Assembly: GCA_023954305.1 (NCBI GenBank)
Contig: JAMLIG010000001.1
Span: 76,613-140,612, forward strand
Direction: 5' to 3'
Origin: Mesorhizobium sp.
GTDB taxonomy: Bacteria > Pseudomonadota > Alphaproteobacteria > Rhizobiales > Rhizobiaceae
Length of the DNA stretch: 64,000 bases
The notes below the pieces were generated by a model, which saw only the letters and a program-made list of their open reading frames with translations, ran no database searches and had not been told where the DNA came from. Within the stretch, counting starts at the first letter, position 1; every line of letters begins with the position of its first letter. Shown one piece after another: positions 32,438 to 41,335 of this stretch. Made by a program: the position numbers and the translations under genes.

Positions 32438-33595
32438 CTATTTCCTGTGGCCGGTGTCGAGCCGGCGTTCCATGTAGATCGAATAGCGAGACATGCCGAA
32501 GCAGAAGATCCAGAACACGAAGCCGGCGAAGATGAGCCCGGTCAGCGGCGTCTGTTGCGTGATCCAGTTCGCATCATTGAAATTGCGGCGTACCGCCCCG
32601 AGCAGGTCGAACATGTTGACGATGTAGACCAGGCTGGTGTCCTTGAAGAGGCCGATGAAGGTGTTGACGATGCCGGGGATCACCAGTTTCAGCGCTTGCG
32701 GCAGGATAATGAGCCGCATCTTGTGGCCGTAGGACAGGCCAAGCGAATCGGCGCCCTCGAACTGGCCCTTGGGGATCGCCTGCAGGCCGCCGCGGATGAC
32801 CTCGGCCATGTAGGCGGAGGCGAACACCGCCACGCCGACCAGCACGCTGACGAAGTCGTCGATCTTGGCGTTGTTCGGCATGAACAGGGGCAGCATCTTG
32901 GTCGCCATGAACAGGACGGTAATCAGGGGCACGCCGCGCACGACCTCGATGAAGACGACGCACAGGGCCTTGATCACCGGCAGGGTCGAGCGCCGGCCGA
33001 GTGCCAGCAGCACGCCTGCCGGCAGCGACACGACGATGCCGACATAGGACAGGATGATCGTCACCATGAAGCCGCCCCAGTCGCGGGTCGGCACGTAGCG
33101 CAGCCCGAACCATCCGCCCGGCAAAAGGATGAAGCCGAGGATCGGCAAGACGACGAACAGCCCTATCGCGTTCGCGACCTTGTAGGGGGCGCGCGGGATG
33201 AGGAACGGCACCAGCAACGCCACAAGCAGCGCGCCCAACAGCATCGGACGCCAGCGCTCGTCGACCGGGTAGGTGTTGAACATGAACTGGCCGAACTTGT
33301 TGGTGACGAAGTTCCAGCAGGCGCCGGACCAACCGTCCGGATGGATACCGCCCTGCGAGATCGTGGCACAGAAGGTGCGGTTGTCGCCGGTATACTGGGC
33401 GTCGATGAACAGCCAACGGATCAGCGGAGGGATGAACCAGGCGAGCAGCGCCAGTGCGATGAACGTCAGAACGGTGTCGGCAGGAGTGGCGAAAAGATTG
33501 GTGCGGGCCCAGTGGACGATGCCCTTCTGGCCCACAGGCGCGGCGAGCGGGCGCTCCATCTCGCTGCGGACATAGGCGATTTGGTTCTCTTGCAT
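32438..33595 (-). CDS. aapM: amino-acid ABC transporter permease
   Basis: 385 aa polytopic protein with HisM/GlnP-type EAA loop. ATG 33595 with AGGAG upstream. Confidence 0.8.
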   Translation of the reverse strand: MQENQIAYVRSEMERPLAAPVGQKGIVHWARTNLFATPADTVLTFIALALLAWFIPPLIRWLFIDAQYTGDNRTFCATISQGGIHPDGWSGACWNFVTNKFGQFMFNTYPVDERWRPMLLGALLVALLVPFLIPRAPYKVANAIGLFVVLPILGFILLPGGWFGLRYVPTRDWGGFMVTIILSYVGIVVSLPAGVLLALGRRSTLPVIKALCVVFIEVVRGVPLITVLFMATKMLPLFMPNNAKIDDFVSVLVGVAVFASAYMAEVIRGGLQAIPKGQFEGADSLGLSYGHKMRLIILPQALKLVIPGIVNTFIGLFKDTSLVYIVNMFDLLGAVRRNFNDANWITQQTPLTGLIFAGFVFWIFCFGMSRYSIYMERRLDTGHRK

Positions 33596-33605
33596 CGCGG
33601 GCTCC

Positions 33606-34796
33606 TCAGCGCTCGACCAGCGCGACGCGCGCATTGAACCAGTTCATGAAGAGCGACATTGCGAGGCTGATGGTGAGGTAGACGACCATCCAGATCGCCA
33701 CGATCTGGATCGAGTTGCCGCTCTTGTTGAGGATCGTGCCGCCGACCGAGACCAGGTCGGGATAGCCGACGGCGATCGCCAGCGACGAGTTCTTGGTCAG
33801 GTTGAGATACTGGCTGGTCAGCGGCGGCACGATGATGCGCATCGCCTGCGGAATGATGATCAGCCGGGTTGTGGTGCCCGGCCGGAGGCCGAGCGCATGC
33901 GCCGCCTCCGACTGGCCGCGCCCGACGCCCTTGATTCCGGCGCGCACGATCTCGGCGATGAAAGCCGCGGTGTAGATCGACAGCGACAGATAGAGCGCCA
34001 GGAATTCCGGCCCGATCATCATGCCGCCGCGGGCTTGGAAGGCGCCCTGAACCGGCACGTCGAAGGAGAGCGGGAAGCCCATGGCGGCGAGCGCGATCAG
34101 CGGCAAGCCGACGAGCAGGCCGATGCAGGTCCAGAACACGGGGAAGCGTTGGCCGGTTGCCATCTGGCGCGCTTTGGCGCGGTTTGAGACGAAGAAGCAC
34201 ATCGCGATGGCGACCACGAAAGCGACGCCCACCAGCCAGGACCCCTCACCCCAGACCGGAACGGGAATCGTCAGGCCGCGATTGCTCAGCAGGGCCGAGA
34301 AGGGCAGATGGTACGCATCGCGCGGCTGCGGCAGGATCGCCAGCACGCCGAGATACCAGAAGAAGATGACCAGCAGCGGCGGAGTGTTGCGGAAGACCTC
34401 GACATAGACGGTGCAGAGACTGCGGATCAGCCAGTTGCGCGACAGGCGGCCGATGCCGACGATGAAGCCGATCACGGTGGCCGTGACGATGCCGACGGCC
34501 GCAATCAGCAGCGTGTTGATCAGGCCTACGACCAGCGCGGCCGAATAGGCCGAGTCGGCCGAGTAGGAAATCAGCGATTGGCCGATATCGAACCCGGCGC
34601 GCTCGTTGAGAAAATCGAAGGAGATCGTCCGGCCGATCCGGGCCAAGTTCTGCTGGGTATTGTTGACGACCCAGACGACCAGCGCGAACAGCGCGACAAA
34701 GGCAAAGACCTGGAAGGCGATCCCGCGGACGACGGGATTGTAGATTAACGGAACCCGTGGCGCATCATCGCTGCGCAAGACCTGTTCGCTCGCCAT
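33606..34796 (-). CDS. aapQ: amino-acid ABC transporter permease
   Basis: 396 aa polytopic permease paralogous to the next gene. Confidence 0.8.
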   Translation of the reverse strand: MASEQVLRSDDAPRVPLIYNPVVRGIAFQVFAFVALFALVVWVVNNTQQNLARIGRTISFDFLNERAGFDIGQSLISYSADSAYSAALVVGLINTLLIAAVGIVTATVIGFIVGIGRLSRNWLIRSLCTVYVEVFRNTPPLLVIFFWYLGVLAILPQPRDAYHLPFSALLSNRGLTIPVPVWGEGSWLVGVAFVVAIAMCFFVSNRAKARQMATGQRFPVFWTCIGLLVGLPLIALAAMGFPLSFDVPVQGAFQARGGMMIGPEFLALYLSLSIYTAAFIAEIVRAGIKGVGRGQSEAAHALGLRPGTTTRLIIIPQAMRIIVPPLTSQYLNLTKNSSLAIAVGYPDLVSVGGTILNKSGNSIQIVAIWMVVYLTISLAMSLFMNWFNARVALVER

Positions 34797-34862
34797 CGCG
34801 GCCTCCTGTTAGGGACGTCCCGGGGGCGGCGGGTGCCGTCCCCCGGTCTGCCTGCCAGAAGA

Positions 34863-35894
34863 TCAGCGGATGGGCGGTGCGTATTGCAGACCGCCCTTGG
34901 TCCAGAGCGCATTGAGGCCGCGCTGGATCTTCAGCGGGCTCTCGGTGCCGATGTTGCGTTCGAAGATCTCGCCGTAGTTGCCGACACCCTTGATGATGTT
35001 GACGACCCAGTCCTCGCCGAGGCCGAGATCGGCGCCGAACTTGGCGTTGGCCTCCATGCCGAGGATGCGCTTGATCTCGGGATTGTCCGAGCCCTTCATC
35101 TCCTCGACATTGGCCTGGGTAATGCCCAGTTCCTCGGCGATGACGAGCGCGTTGGAGACCCACTTCACGAGATCGAACCACTGGTCGTCGCCCTGGCGAA
35201 CGAGCGGGCCGAGCGGCTCCTTGGAGATGATCTCGGGCAGGACCATGTGGTCGCCGGGCGCCGAGAGCTGCAGGCGGATCGCATAGAGGCCGGACTGGTC
35301 GGTGGTGTAGACGTCGCAGCGGCCGGAATCGTAGGCCGCGTTGACCTCGTCGAGCTTCTCGAACACGACGGGGTTGTATTCCATCTTGTTGGCGCGGAAG
35401 TAGTCGGCGAGGTTCAGCTCGGTCGTCGTGCCGGTCTGCACGCAGACGGCGGCGCCCGACAGCTGCAGCGCCGAGTTCACGCCCGGCACCTTCTTCGTGT
35501 TGATCATGAAGCCCTGGCCGTCATAGTAGTTGACGCCGGCGAAGTTGAATTTCAGCGAGGTGTCGCGGCTGAGCGTCCAGGTCGTGTTGCGCGCGAGGAC
35601 ATCGACAGTGCCGTTGGCGAGAACCTCGAAGCGGTCCTTGGCGCTGGTGCCGGTGTATTCGACCTTCGACGGATCGTTGAAGATCGCGGCGGCGATCGCC
35701 TTGCAATAGTCGACGTCGAAGCCGGAATACTCGCCCTTGTCATTCGGCGCCGCGAAGCCGGCGAGGCCGGTGTTCACGCCGCACTTCAGCACGCCACGGG
35801 CCTTTACATCGTCGAGGGTGGCTGCGGATGCAGCCGATGCCGACAGCGCGAGAAGTGCCGCGCCGGCCAGGCCGAAGAGAACGTTGCTTTTCAT
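34863..35894 (-). CDS. aapJ: general L-amino-acid ABC transporter periplasmic binding protein
   Basis: 343 aa from MKSNVLFGLAGAALLALSASAASA signal peptide. SBP family 3 core (GVLKCGVNTGLAGF..GFDVDYC). Confidence 0.85.
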   Translation of the reverse strand: MKSNVLFGLAGAALLALSASAASAATLDDVKARGVLKCGVNTGLAGFAAPNDKGEYSGFDVDYCKAIAAAIFNDPSKVEYTGTSAKDRFEVLANGTVDVLARNTTWTLSRDTSLKFNFAGVNYYDGQGFMINTKKVPGVNSALQLSGAAVCVQTGTTTELNLADYFRANKMEYNPVVFEKLDEVNAAYDSGRCDVYTTDQSGLYAIRLQLSAPGDHMVLPEIISKEPLGPLVRQGDDQWFDLVKWVSNALVIAEELGITQANVEEMKGSDNPEIKRILGMEANAKFGADLGLGEDWVVNIIKGVGNYGEIFERNIGTESPLKIQRGLNALWTKGGLQYAPPIR

Positions 35895-36237
35895 TGTACT
35901 GAACCCCTTTTTATTGGTACGGGGCGAGACGACCCCGGACGCTTCCCTTGGAAAGGCGCGGAGCGTTCCCCACCCCGTCGGAAATGTCCGTATTCGGATC
36001 AGTTCCCGCACCCTTCCGTTCACAAAGTTCATCGAAGGCGATTATTCCAGCGAGGTCAAGTCTCGTATGGCAGCGCGGGAGCCGTCGGCGTGGATTTCGT
36101 ATGCAAACGATCGGCCGCGCCGGCGTTCGCGCGCGACATCGCCGAGCCGACGGTCAACGACACGGCATGATGCCTCGCGATTGCGCGGCGGCTGCGCAGC
36201 GGATATGCAGCCCTAACTCCACCGGAACGGCGCGATC

Positions 36238-37404
36238 ATGGCAGGCAGCAAGCAGAGATTCGGCATAAACACCCAGCTCGCGCATTCCGGCCACGACCCG
36301 CGCGACTTTCATGGTTTCGTCAATCCGCCGGTCGTGCACGCCTCCACGGTCCTGTTCCCCGACGCGCACACGATGGCGTCGCGCAACCAGAAATACACGT
36401 ACGGCACGCGCGGAACGCCGACCACCGATGCCCTGGCCTCGGCGATCGACCAGCTCGAAGGCTCGGCCGGGACGATCATCGTGCCGTCGGGCCTCGCCGC
36501 GGTCACAGTGCCCCTGCTTGCCTTCCTGTCCGCCGGCGATCACATCCTGATCACCGATTCCGTCTACAATCCGACGCGCCGCTTCGCCGACACGATGCTG
36601 GCGCGGCTGGGCGTCGAGACGCAGTATTACGATCCGCTGATCGGCGGCGGCATTGCGGCGCTGATCAAGCCGAACACGAAGGTCGTGTTCACCGAATCGC
36701 CAGCCTCGAACACGTTCGAGGTGCAGGACATCCCCGCGATCAGCGCGGCCGCGCACGCCGCCGGTGCGATCGTGATGATGGACAATACCTGGGCGACGCC
36801 GCTCTATTTCAAGCCGCTCGACTTCGGCGTGGACGTCTCGATCCATGCGGCGACGAAATACCCGGGCGGACATTCGGACGTGCTGCTCGGAACCGTCTCG
36901 GCCAATCCGGCCTGCTGGCCGAAACTGCACGAGGCCTTCCTGACACTCGGCTGTTGCGCCGGACCGGACGACGTCTACCAGGTGCTGCGCGGCCTCAGGA
37001 CGATGGGCGTGAGGCTGGAGCACCATCAGAAAAGCACGCTCGACATAGCCCGCTGGCTGGAAACCCAGCCCGGCGTGGCGCGCGTGCTGCACCCGGCGCT
37101 GGAGAGCTTTCCGGGCCATGACATCTGGAAGCGCGATTTCTCCGGCTCCAGCGGCATCTTCTCGATCGTGCTCGACGGCGGCGGCGAGAAACAGGCGCAT
37201 GCCTTCCTCGACGCGCTCGAAATCTTCGGCCTTGGCTATTCCTGGGGCGGCTACGAGAGCCTCGCCGTCAACGTCTTCCTCGGCGACCGCACCATCGCCA
37301 AAGGCCCTTACGAAGGGCCCGTCATCCGCCTCCAGATCGGCCTCGAGGATGTCGAGGATCTGAAGGCGGACATTTCGCGGGGGCTGGCGGCGGCGGCGCG
37401 CTGA
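36238..37404 (+). CDS. metC: cystathionine beta-lyase (Cys/Met metabolism PLP enzyme)
   Basis: 388 aa. PLP-lysine context SIHAATKYPGGHSD and N-terminal TQLAHSG. Confidence 0.8.
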   Translation: MAGSKQRFGINTQLAHSGHDPRDFHGFVNPPVVHASTVLFPDAHTMASRNQKYTYGTRGTPTTDALASAIDQLEGSAGTIIVPSGLAAVTVPLLAFLSAGDHILITDSVYNPTRRFADTMLARLGVETQYYDPLIGGGIAALIKPNTKVVFTESPASNTFEVQDIPAISAAAHAAGAIVMMDNTWATPLYFKPLDFGVDVSIHAATKYPGGHSDVLLGTVSANPACWPKLHEAFLTLGCCAGPDDVYQVLRGLRTMGVRLEHHQKSTLDIARWLETQPGVARVLHPALESFPGHDIWKRDFSGSSGIFSIVLDGGGEKQAHAFLDALEIFGLGYSWGGYESLAVNVFLGDRTIAKGPYEGPVIRLQIGLEDVEDLKADISRGLAAAAR

Positions 37405-37428
37405 CGGCCCGCCGCGGCCACCTCCCGA

Positions 37429-37911
37429 TCACGGCAGCGGATAGCGCTGACCCTGGAAGCGAAGACGGACGTTGCAGGTCGGCGCTTCGGAATCGAATGC
37501 GTTGATGTCGATCGTCGCGTTGAGATAGATTGTCGCCGCCACCGGCAAAGCGGGAACCTGCGCGGGAATGCGCGCTCTACCCGTGTAGAACGTCGCACTC
37601 TGGCCGATCTGGGTGACGTTGACGTTCTTGAACACCGTGCCCCTCAGCGAGCCCGTCTGCAGTGTAAAATTCTGTGTATAGGTTGGCCAAAACAACGAAA
37701 GTCGAGTACTATCCGACTGACCGTTGTAATTTGGTGGCCGGAATCGGGCAACGGCACAGTTTCCGACATAGAAATTGACCGCGGCGCAGGCAGCCGTTGC
37801 TGTCTGTATGCAGGCATTTCCCCGAAAATGATTGGCTTGCGCGATGGCGGCGGATGTCCCGACGCCCAACATTGCACCGACGAAAAATATCGATCTTACA
37901 ATACTTTTCAT
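37429..37911 (-). CDS. secreted cysteine-containing hypothetical protein (visibly lower GC)
   Basis: 160 aa. ATG preceded by GAGGG. Signal peptide MKSIVRSIFFVGAMLGVGTSAAIAQA. Sits at the chromosome/prophage junction. Confidence 0.55.
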   Translation of the reverse strand: MKSIVRSIFFVGAMLGVGTSAAIAQANHFRGNACIQTATAACAAVNFYVGNCAVARFRPPNYNGQSDSTRLSLFWPTYTQNFTLQTGSLRGTVFKNVNVTQIGQSATFYTGRARIPAQVPALPVAATIYLNATIDINAFDSEAPTCNVRLRFQGQRYPLP

Positions 37912-38213
37912 TGAACCCTCTCGCCCAGTTATTCCCCCTGAAACTATTCATTCGCTAAACGTTACGCAAAGTCAACTTGCTTCGGAAGATCGGCAAGGAT
38001 CTGAACAAGGCGATTTGGACAAAAGAGTATTTGGCGATCCCGGCAGGACCGCTATAAAATAGCGCTACGCCTAGAATATCTCGGCTTTGCGCCCCCGCAC
38101 CTTTTCAGAGCGGACCCTTATTGCGGCTTAAGGATTTCTGCCTCATCCCCGCACCTTTTATGTGGCGATGGCGGAGGCGTTCCCCTCCCCCGCACTGGAA
38201 CAGGAGAGACGGA

Positions 38214-38561
38214 ATGAGCGAAGCAGGAGATCGCCTCATTGAGGGCGCGAAGGAAGCGCTAGAGATCGCGCGAGGCAACCAGCCGGCGGCGCGCATCCAT
38301 GTCAACGGCCATGCCTATGTGCCGGAACAGCGTTGGCAGAGGATGGATACTGCGCCGAGGGATGGCACGGTCGTCAACGTCGTGGCGCGATACCCTCATG
38401 CTATTGCAGGGTTTCCGCAGTATGCCGCCTATCGTCCCGATCTTGGCTATTGGGTTGCGTATAGCCTGAACGCTCCACAGCGCGTCATTCCGTGGGCATG
38501 GCGTCCGCGAGACGATTGGCCTTGGTGCGGGGACCCTGAGTTTCCGGAGGACCCCAAATGA
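38214..38561 (+). CDS. phage-associated hypothetical protein (W/P-rich C-terminal half)
   Basis: ATG 38214 preceded by GGAGAG. Contains the MDTAPRDGT motif seen in small alphaproteobacterial prophage proteins. Confidence 0.55.
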   Translation: MSEAGDRLIEGAKEALEIARGNQPAARIHVNGHAYVPEQRWQRMDTAPRDGTVVNVVARYPHAIAGFPQYAAYRPDLGYWVAYSLNAPQRVIPWAWRPRDDWPWCGDPEFPEDPK

Positions 38562-38848
38562 GTGACATGATCTCACGGATGGCGAGGGCGATGCGGGATC
38601 GCGACATTGACTGGTATATCGCTCGCGCGCCGGACGTAGACCCGGATGTCATCCGCAAGGCAGCGATGGAAGACCTCAAAGAAAACTATGAAGCATTAGC
38701 CCGCGCCGCTCTCGAAGCGATGAAGGAACCGACCCCCGCCATGCTGATTGCCGGCGTAAAGGCCATGCGCAATGACGATCTGGACGTGACGGAGAAAGAG
38801 CTGTTGCTGGGCTGGAATGCGATGATCGACAAGGCTATGGAGGAATAG
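38558..38848 (+). CDS. phage-associated hypothetical protein
   Basis: 96 aa. ATGA coupling to the previous gene. Confidence 0.55.
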   Translation: MSDMISRMARAMRDRDIDWYIARAPDVDPDVIRKAAMEDLKENYEALARAALEAMKEPTPAMLIAGVKAMRNDDLDVTEKELLLGWNAMIDKAMEE

Positions 38849-38849
38849 G

Positions 38850-39029
38850 ATGGACGAGCGGGAAGTTCTAATCGAATGCCTTCGCCGGGCTGTCGGCAAG
38901 CTCTACCATTGCCGATATTCGGAACAGCCTTTGGCGCGCGAGCTAGAAGCGAAGTTGTTGGAGATCACAGGCCAGACGCAGCATGAATGGGGTATGTCTG
39001 GCGGCTACGCAAGAAACGGACGCGATTAG
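38850..39029 (+). CDS. small hypothetical protein (59 aa, below ORF-track cutoff)
   Basis: ATG 38850 five nt after GGAGGAA. Translates to MDEREVLIECLRRAVGKLYHCRYSEQPLARELEAKLLEITGQTQHEWGMSGGYARNGRD. Confidence 0.45.
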   Translation: MDEREVLIECLRRAVGKLYHCRYSEQPLARELEAKLLEITGQTQHEWGMSGGYARNGRD

Positions 39030-39128
39030 TGATCCGCCCTGACACCCTCCTAGCCCTTCCCTTCCTTGCGATACTGGTTGTATCGGTGGTGATGGGAGTG
39101 TGGGAGTGGGTGTGGTGAGGATTTGGTG

Positions 39129-39320
39129 ATGACGATAGACGAAAAAATCGTTCGTGCTTACCTCCAAGACGCCCACAACAAGGGTGGCGGCTGGAAGATG
39201 GCAATGTTCATGATGGCCGACCGGCTTCTCGTGCTCGAAGATCGGCTCTTGCGCGCGGGCGTGGATTTTCCGACAGACCCACGCGGGGCTCTAATTGAGC
39301 CTATCCCCACACCCCCATAA
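39129..39320 (+). CDS. small hypothetical protein
   Basis: ATG 39129 with GAGGA upstream (the track start at 39123 is TTG). 63 aa. Confidence 0.4.
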   Translation: MTIDEKIVRAYLQDAHNKGGGWKMAMFMMADRLLVLEDRLLRAGVDFPTDPRGALIEPIPTPP

Positions 39321-39389
39321 AGAACCTCACCATCTGCACCCTATAGGACAGGGCAAGCATCCTGATAAGGTAGCGGAGGAAGAAGCGTC

Positions 39390-39770
39390 TCACGGAGGAC
39401 GCCCGCGCGCATTGCCCTGCGAAGCTTCCATGCGCTGCAATATCTCGCGCGAGACGCGGACCTCAGTCGTCAGGGCATTGAGGGTGGATTCCACAGCCTT
39501 CACGGCCGTTGCGAAATCGAGCGCCTGCTTCTCGACATTCGACAGGCGGATGCCAAGGCTCCCGAAGCTCCTGATCTCCGACTCCGCAGCCGTCAACCGC
39601 CGGTCGAGCTTCTCGATCTCGACGGTATGGGTTGCCAGCGCACCCCGGAACTCAGCCACGATATAGCCCCAGGCGACGAGTCCGCCAATGAGCATGATCG
39701 TAAAGCCGAAAACGGAGATGACCGTATTCGGACCCCACTTGTTTTCCCAAACAGGCTTGGCGATCGGCAT
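39390..39770 (-). CDS. type II membrane protein with periplasmic coiled coil (i-spanin-like or DUF2730-like lysis accessory)
   Basis: 126 aa from ATG 39770. One N-terminal TM (VISVFGFTIMLIGGLVAWGYIV), then heptad-like helical region. Last gene of the lysis cluster. Confidence 0.45.
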   Translation of the reverse strand: MPIAKPVWENKWGPNTVISVFGFTIMLIGGLVAWGYIVAEFRGALATHTVEIEKLDRRLTAAESEIRSFGSLGIRLSNVEKQALDFATAVKAVESTLNALTTEVRVSREILQRMEASQGNARGRPP

Positions 39771-39934
39771 GTCATGGTTCCTATCATTCAACGCCCCGGC
39801 CCTTTCGTCTGCACTGCAAAGTTCGAATCGCCCGTGTGAGGCGCTTCACGGATTCATTCAGCCTTCGGCGGTCCCACGAGATCGCTGTTGGTCAGGGTCG
39901 GCGAGCTGCTAGGAACAGCGCGTCGGCCCGCTTG

Positions 39935-40336
39935 CTATTTGCGGCCCTTCAACGCACCTGCAATTGCAGACAGGCCCGCCACGCCGCCGCCGGCATAAAA
40001 CACGTTCTGCCACGCTGTTTCGGCCCACGGCAGAAGGCCGGGAGGAATGGCGGCAACGTCAGGGAGTGCGCCGTTGGCGAGCGTGTCCAGCATCCCCCAG
40101 CCGAACCATGCCGAGAGCGGAATTGTCGCCATCAGCCATGGTATCCAGAACGCGCGGTGCGCCATCCCTGCCTTGACGACGCCAGCCGCTTCGGCATTTG
40201 CCGCTGCTTCACGTGAAGCATTGATGCGCAGGCGTTCCGTCTCGGAATTGGCCTTGCGCTCGACATGGGACAGAACCCGGTCGAGGAAGCCGAACCCGGC
40301 AGAGCCGAGAAGCTTTGCGACGATTGAGGCGAGCAT
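39935..40336 (-). CDS. holin-like membrane protein (resembles 3-TM GTA/phage holin family)
   Basis: 133 aa from MLASIVAKLLGSAGFGFLDRV. Amphipathic N-terminus, charged linker, then W/G-rich TM segments. Adjacent to the endolysin region. Confidence 0.5.
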   Translation of the reverse strand: MLASIVAKLLGSAGFGFLDRVLSHVERKANSETERLRINASREAAANAEAAGVVKAGMAHRAFWIPWLMATIPLSAWFGWGMLDTLANGALPDVAAIPPGLLPWAETAWQNVFYAGGGVAGLSAIAGALKGRK

Positions 40337-40337
40337 G

Positions 40338-40538
40338 TCAGGTCTTCCACCCGAAGCGCTTTGCCAGGAAGAACCAAGCCTCAGCAGCGATCGGCGCGAT
40401 GGTGCCGGCGGCAAGGCTGACCCACTGTGCAATCTCAGGATCGGCAATGAGGTCGGATGCTTCGCCCTCGCTGATCAGGCCGTAGTAGAGCAGCGGGAAG
40501 GTGGCGTATCTCAAAAAAATCCTAATCACCGGTGCCAT
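40338..40538 (-). CDS. small 2-TM membrane protein (holin/antiholin candidate)
   Basis: 66 aa. ATG preceded by GGAGAG. Two hydrophobic helices. Stop lies 1 nt from the next gene start. Confidence 0.5.
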   Translation of the reverse strand: MAPVIRIFLRYATFPLLYYGLISEGEASDLIADPEIAQWVSLAAGTIAPIAAEAWFFLAKRFGWKT

Positions 40539-40578
40539 CTGGCTCTCCGTTGTTGTTCCAAGTCGATGATTCTGCTAT

Positions 40579-40620
40579 GAAAAAAACAAACCCGCCGGGT
40601 GTCTCACCACCGCGACGGGT
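40579..40620 (-). terminator. rho-independent terminator (minus strand)
   Basis: Minus-strand RNA ACCCGUCG-C-GGUG-gugaga-CACC-CGGCGGGU followed by UUGUUUUUUU. Lies between the endolysin/HNH block and the holin-like genes. Confidence 0.65.
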
Positions 40621-40649
40621 TCCGACCAAGGAAGCATGGAGCGCTCCAC

Positions 40650-41327
40650 ATGGCTAACCCTCGTTTATGCTCAGTCCCTGACTGCAACAAGCCTCATTCT
40701 GCGCGCGGGCTTTGTCGAGCTCACTACGCACACTGGAATCGCAACTCAAAACCCATCCAGTGTTCTGTCGATGGATGTCACAACCCATCTGACCGTCTTG
40801 GATTTTGCACCGCACACTACATGCGTCAGCGGCGCAATCGAGGAAATCCGACCGGGGGGAGAATTAAGCCCGGAACACATACCGCCTTCCTTGCCGAGGC
40901 GGTTAATAGCAATGCTGACGACTGCATTGTCTGGCCTTTTACGCCGAATAAGAGGACAGGCTACGGCCTCACCAAACTGAACGGTAAGGCTATGTCGGCT
41001 CATCGCGCCGCCTTGTCCCTCTACACTGGGGAATTGCCCGACAATTCGATCCATGCCGCCCACGCACCGGAGATTTGTCACAATCGCCTTTGCGTCAACC
41101 CACTACATCTTAGGTGGGCAACCGCCACCGAGAACGAAGCCGACAAACGCATCGACGGCACGAAGGGCGAAGGACCCTATTCGGCGCGCGCAAAGTTCAG
41201 TGCGGAGCAGGTTACGGCAATCCGCGCTGACCCGCGCCCAACCTCAGTAATAAGTCGCGAGCTCGGCGTTAGCGAATTTCCCATCCATTGCATCAAGCAC
41301 CGAAAGACGTATCGCAATGTGCCCTAG
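40650..41327 (+). CDS. HNH homing endonuclease (two Zn-ribbon repeats, HNH_3 core, C-terminal HTH)
   Basis: Repeated C..(P)DC....GLC.AHY motifs, AAHAPEICHNRLCVNPLHLRWAT..EN core. Opposite strand to the phage late genes. Confidence 0.8.
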   Translation: MANPRLCSVPDCNKPHSARGLCRAHYAHWNRNSKPIQCSVDGCHNPSDRLGFCTAHYMRQRRNRGNPTGGRIKPGTHTAFLAEAVNSNADDCIVWPFTPNKRTGYGLTKLNGKAMSAHRAALSLYTGELPDNSIHAAHAPEICHNRLCVNPLHLRWATATENEADKRIDGTKGEGPYSARAKFSAEQVTAIRADPRPTSVISRELGVSEFPIHCIKHRKTYRNVP

Positions 41328-41335
41328 GTGCCATG

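Noticed and set aside
35895-36237. 343-nt divergent intergenic region between aapJ and metC, checked for a SAM-II or other Met riboswitch. It contains the 10-bp palindrome GCTGCGCAGC.
   Set aside because: I could not recognise the SAM-II pseudoknot consensus or any other riboswitch core by eye. A covariance-model scan (Rfam/Infernal) would settle it.
39593-39787. 64-aa ORF overlapping the i-spanin-like gene, considered as an embedded o-spanin.
   Set aside because: It has no signal peptide or canonical lipobox (LRSC has Arg at position -2). It starts upstream of the host gene start, and its composition looks off-frame.
39815-39840. GTTCGAATCGCCC resembling a tRNA T-arm, which could mark an att site derived from a tRNA 3' end.
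   Set aside because: The flanks cannot form a T-stem or acceptor stem, and the site is internal to the lysis cluster rather than at the element boundary.
39771-39934. 21-codon minus-strand ORF (VKRLTRAIRTLQCRRKGRGVE) in the gap before the coiled-coil gene, considered as a separate o-spanin.
   Set aside because: It is too short, has no hydrophobic signal sequence, and has no SD.
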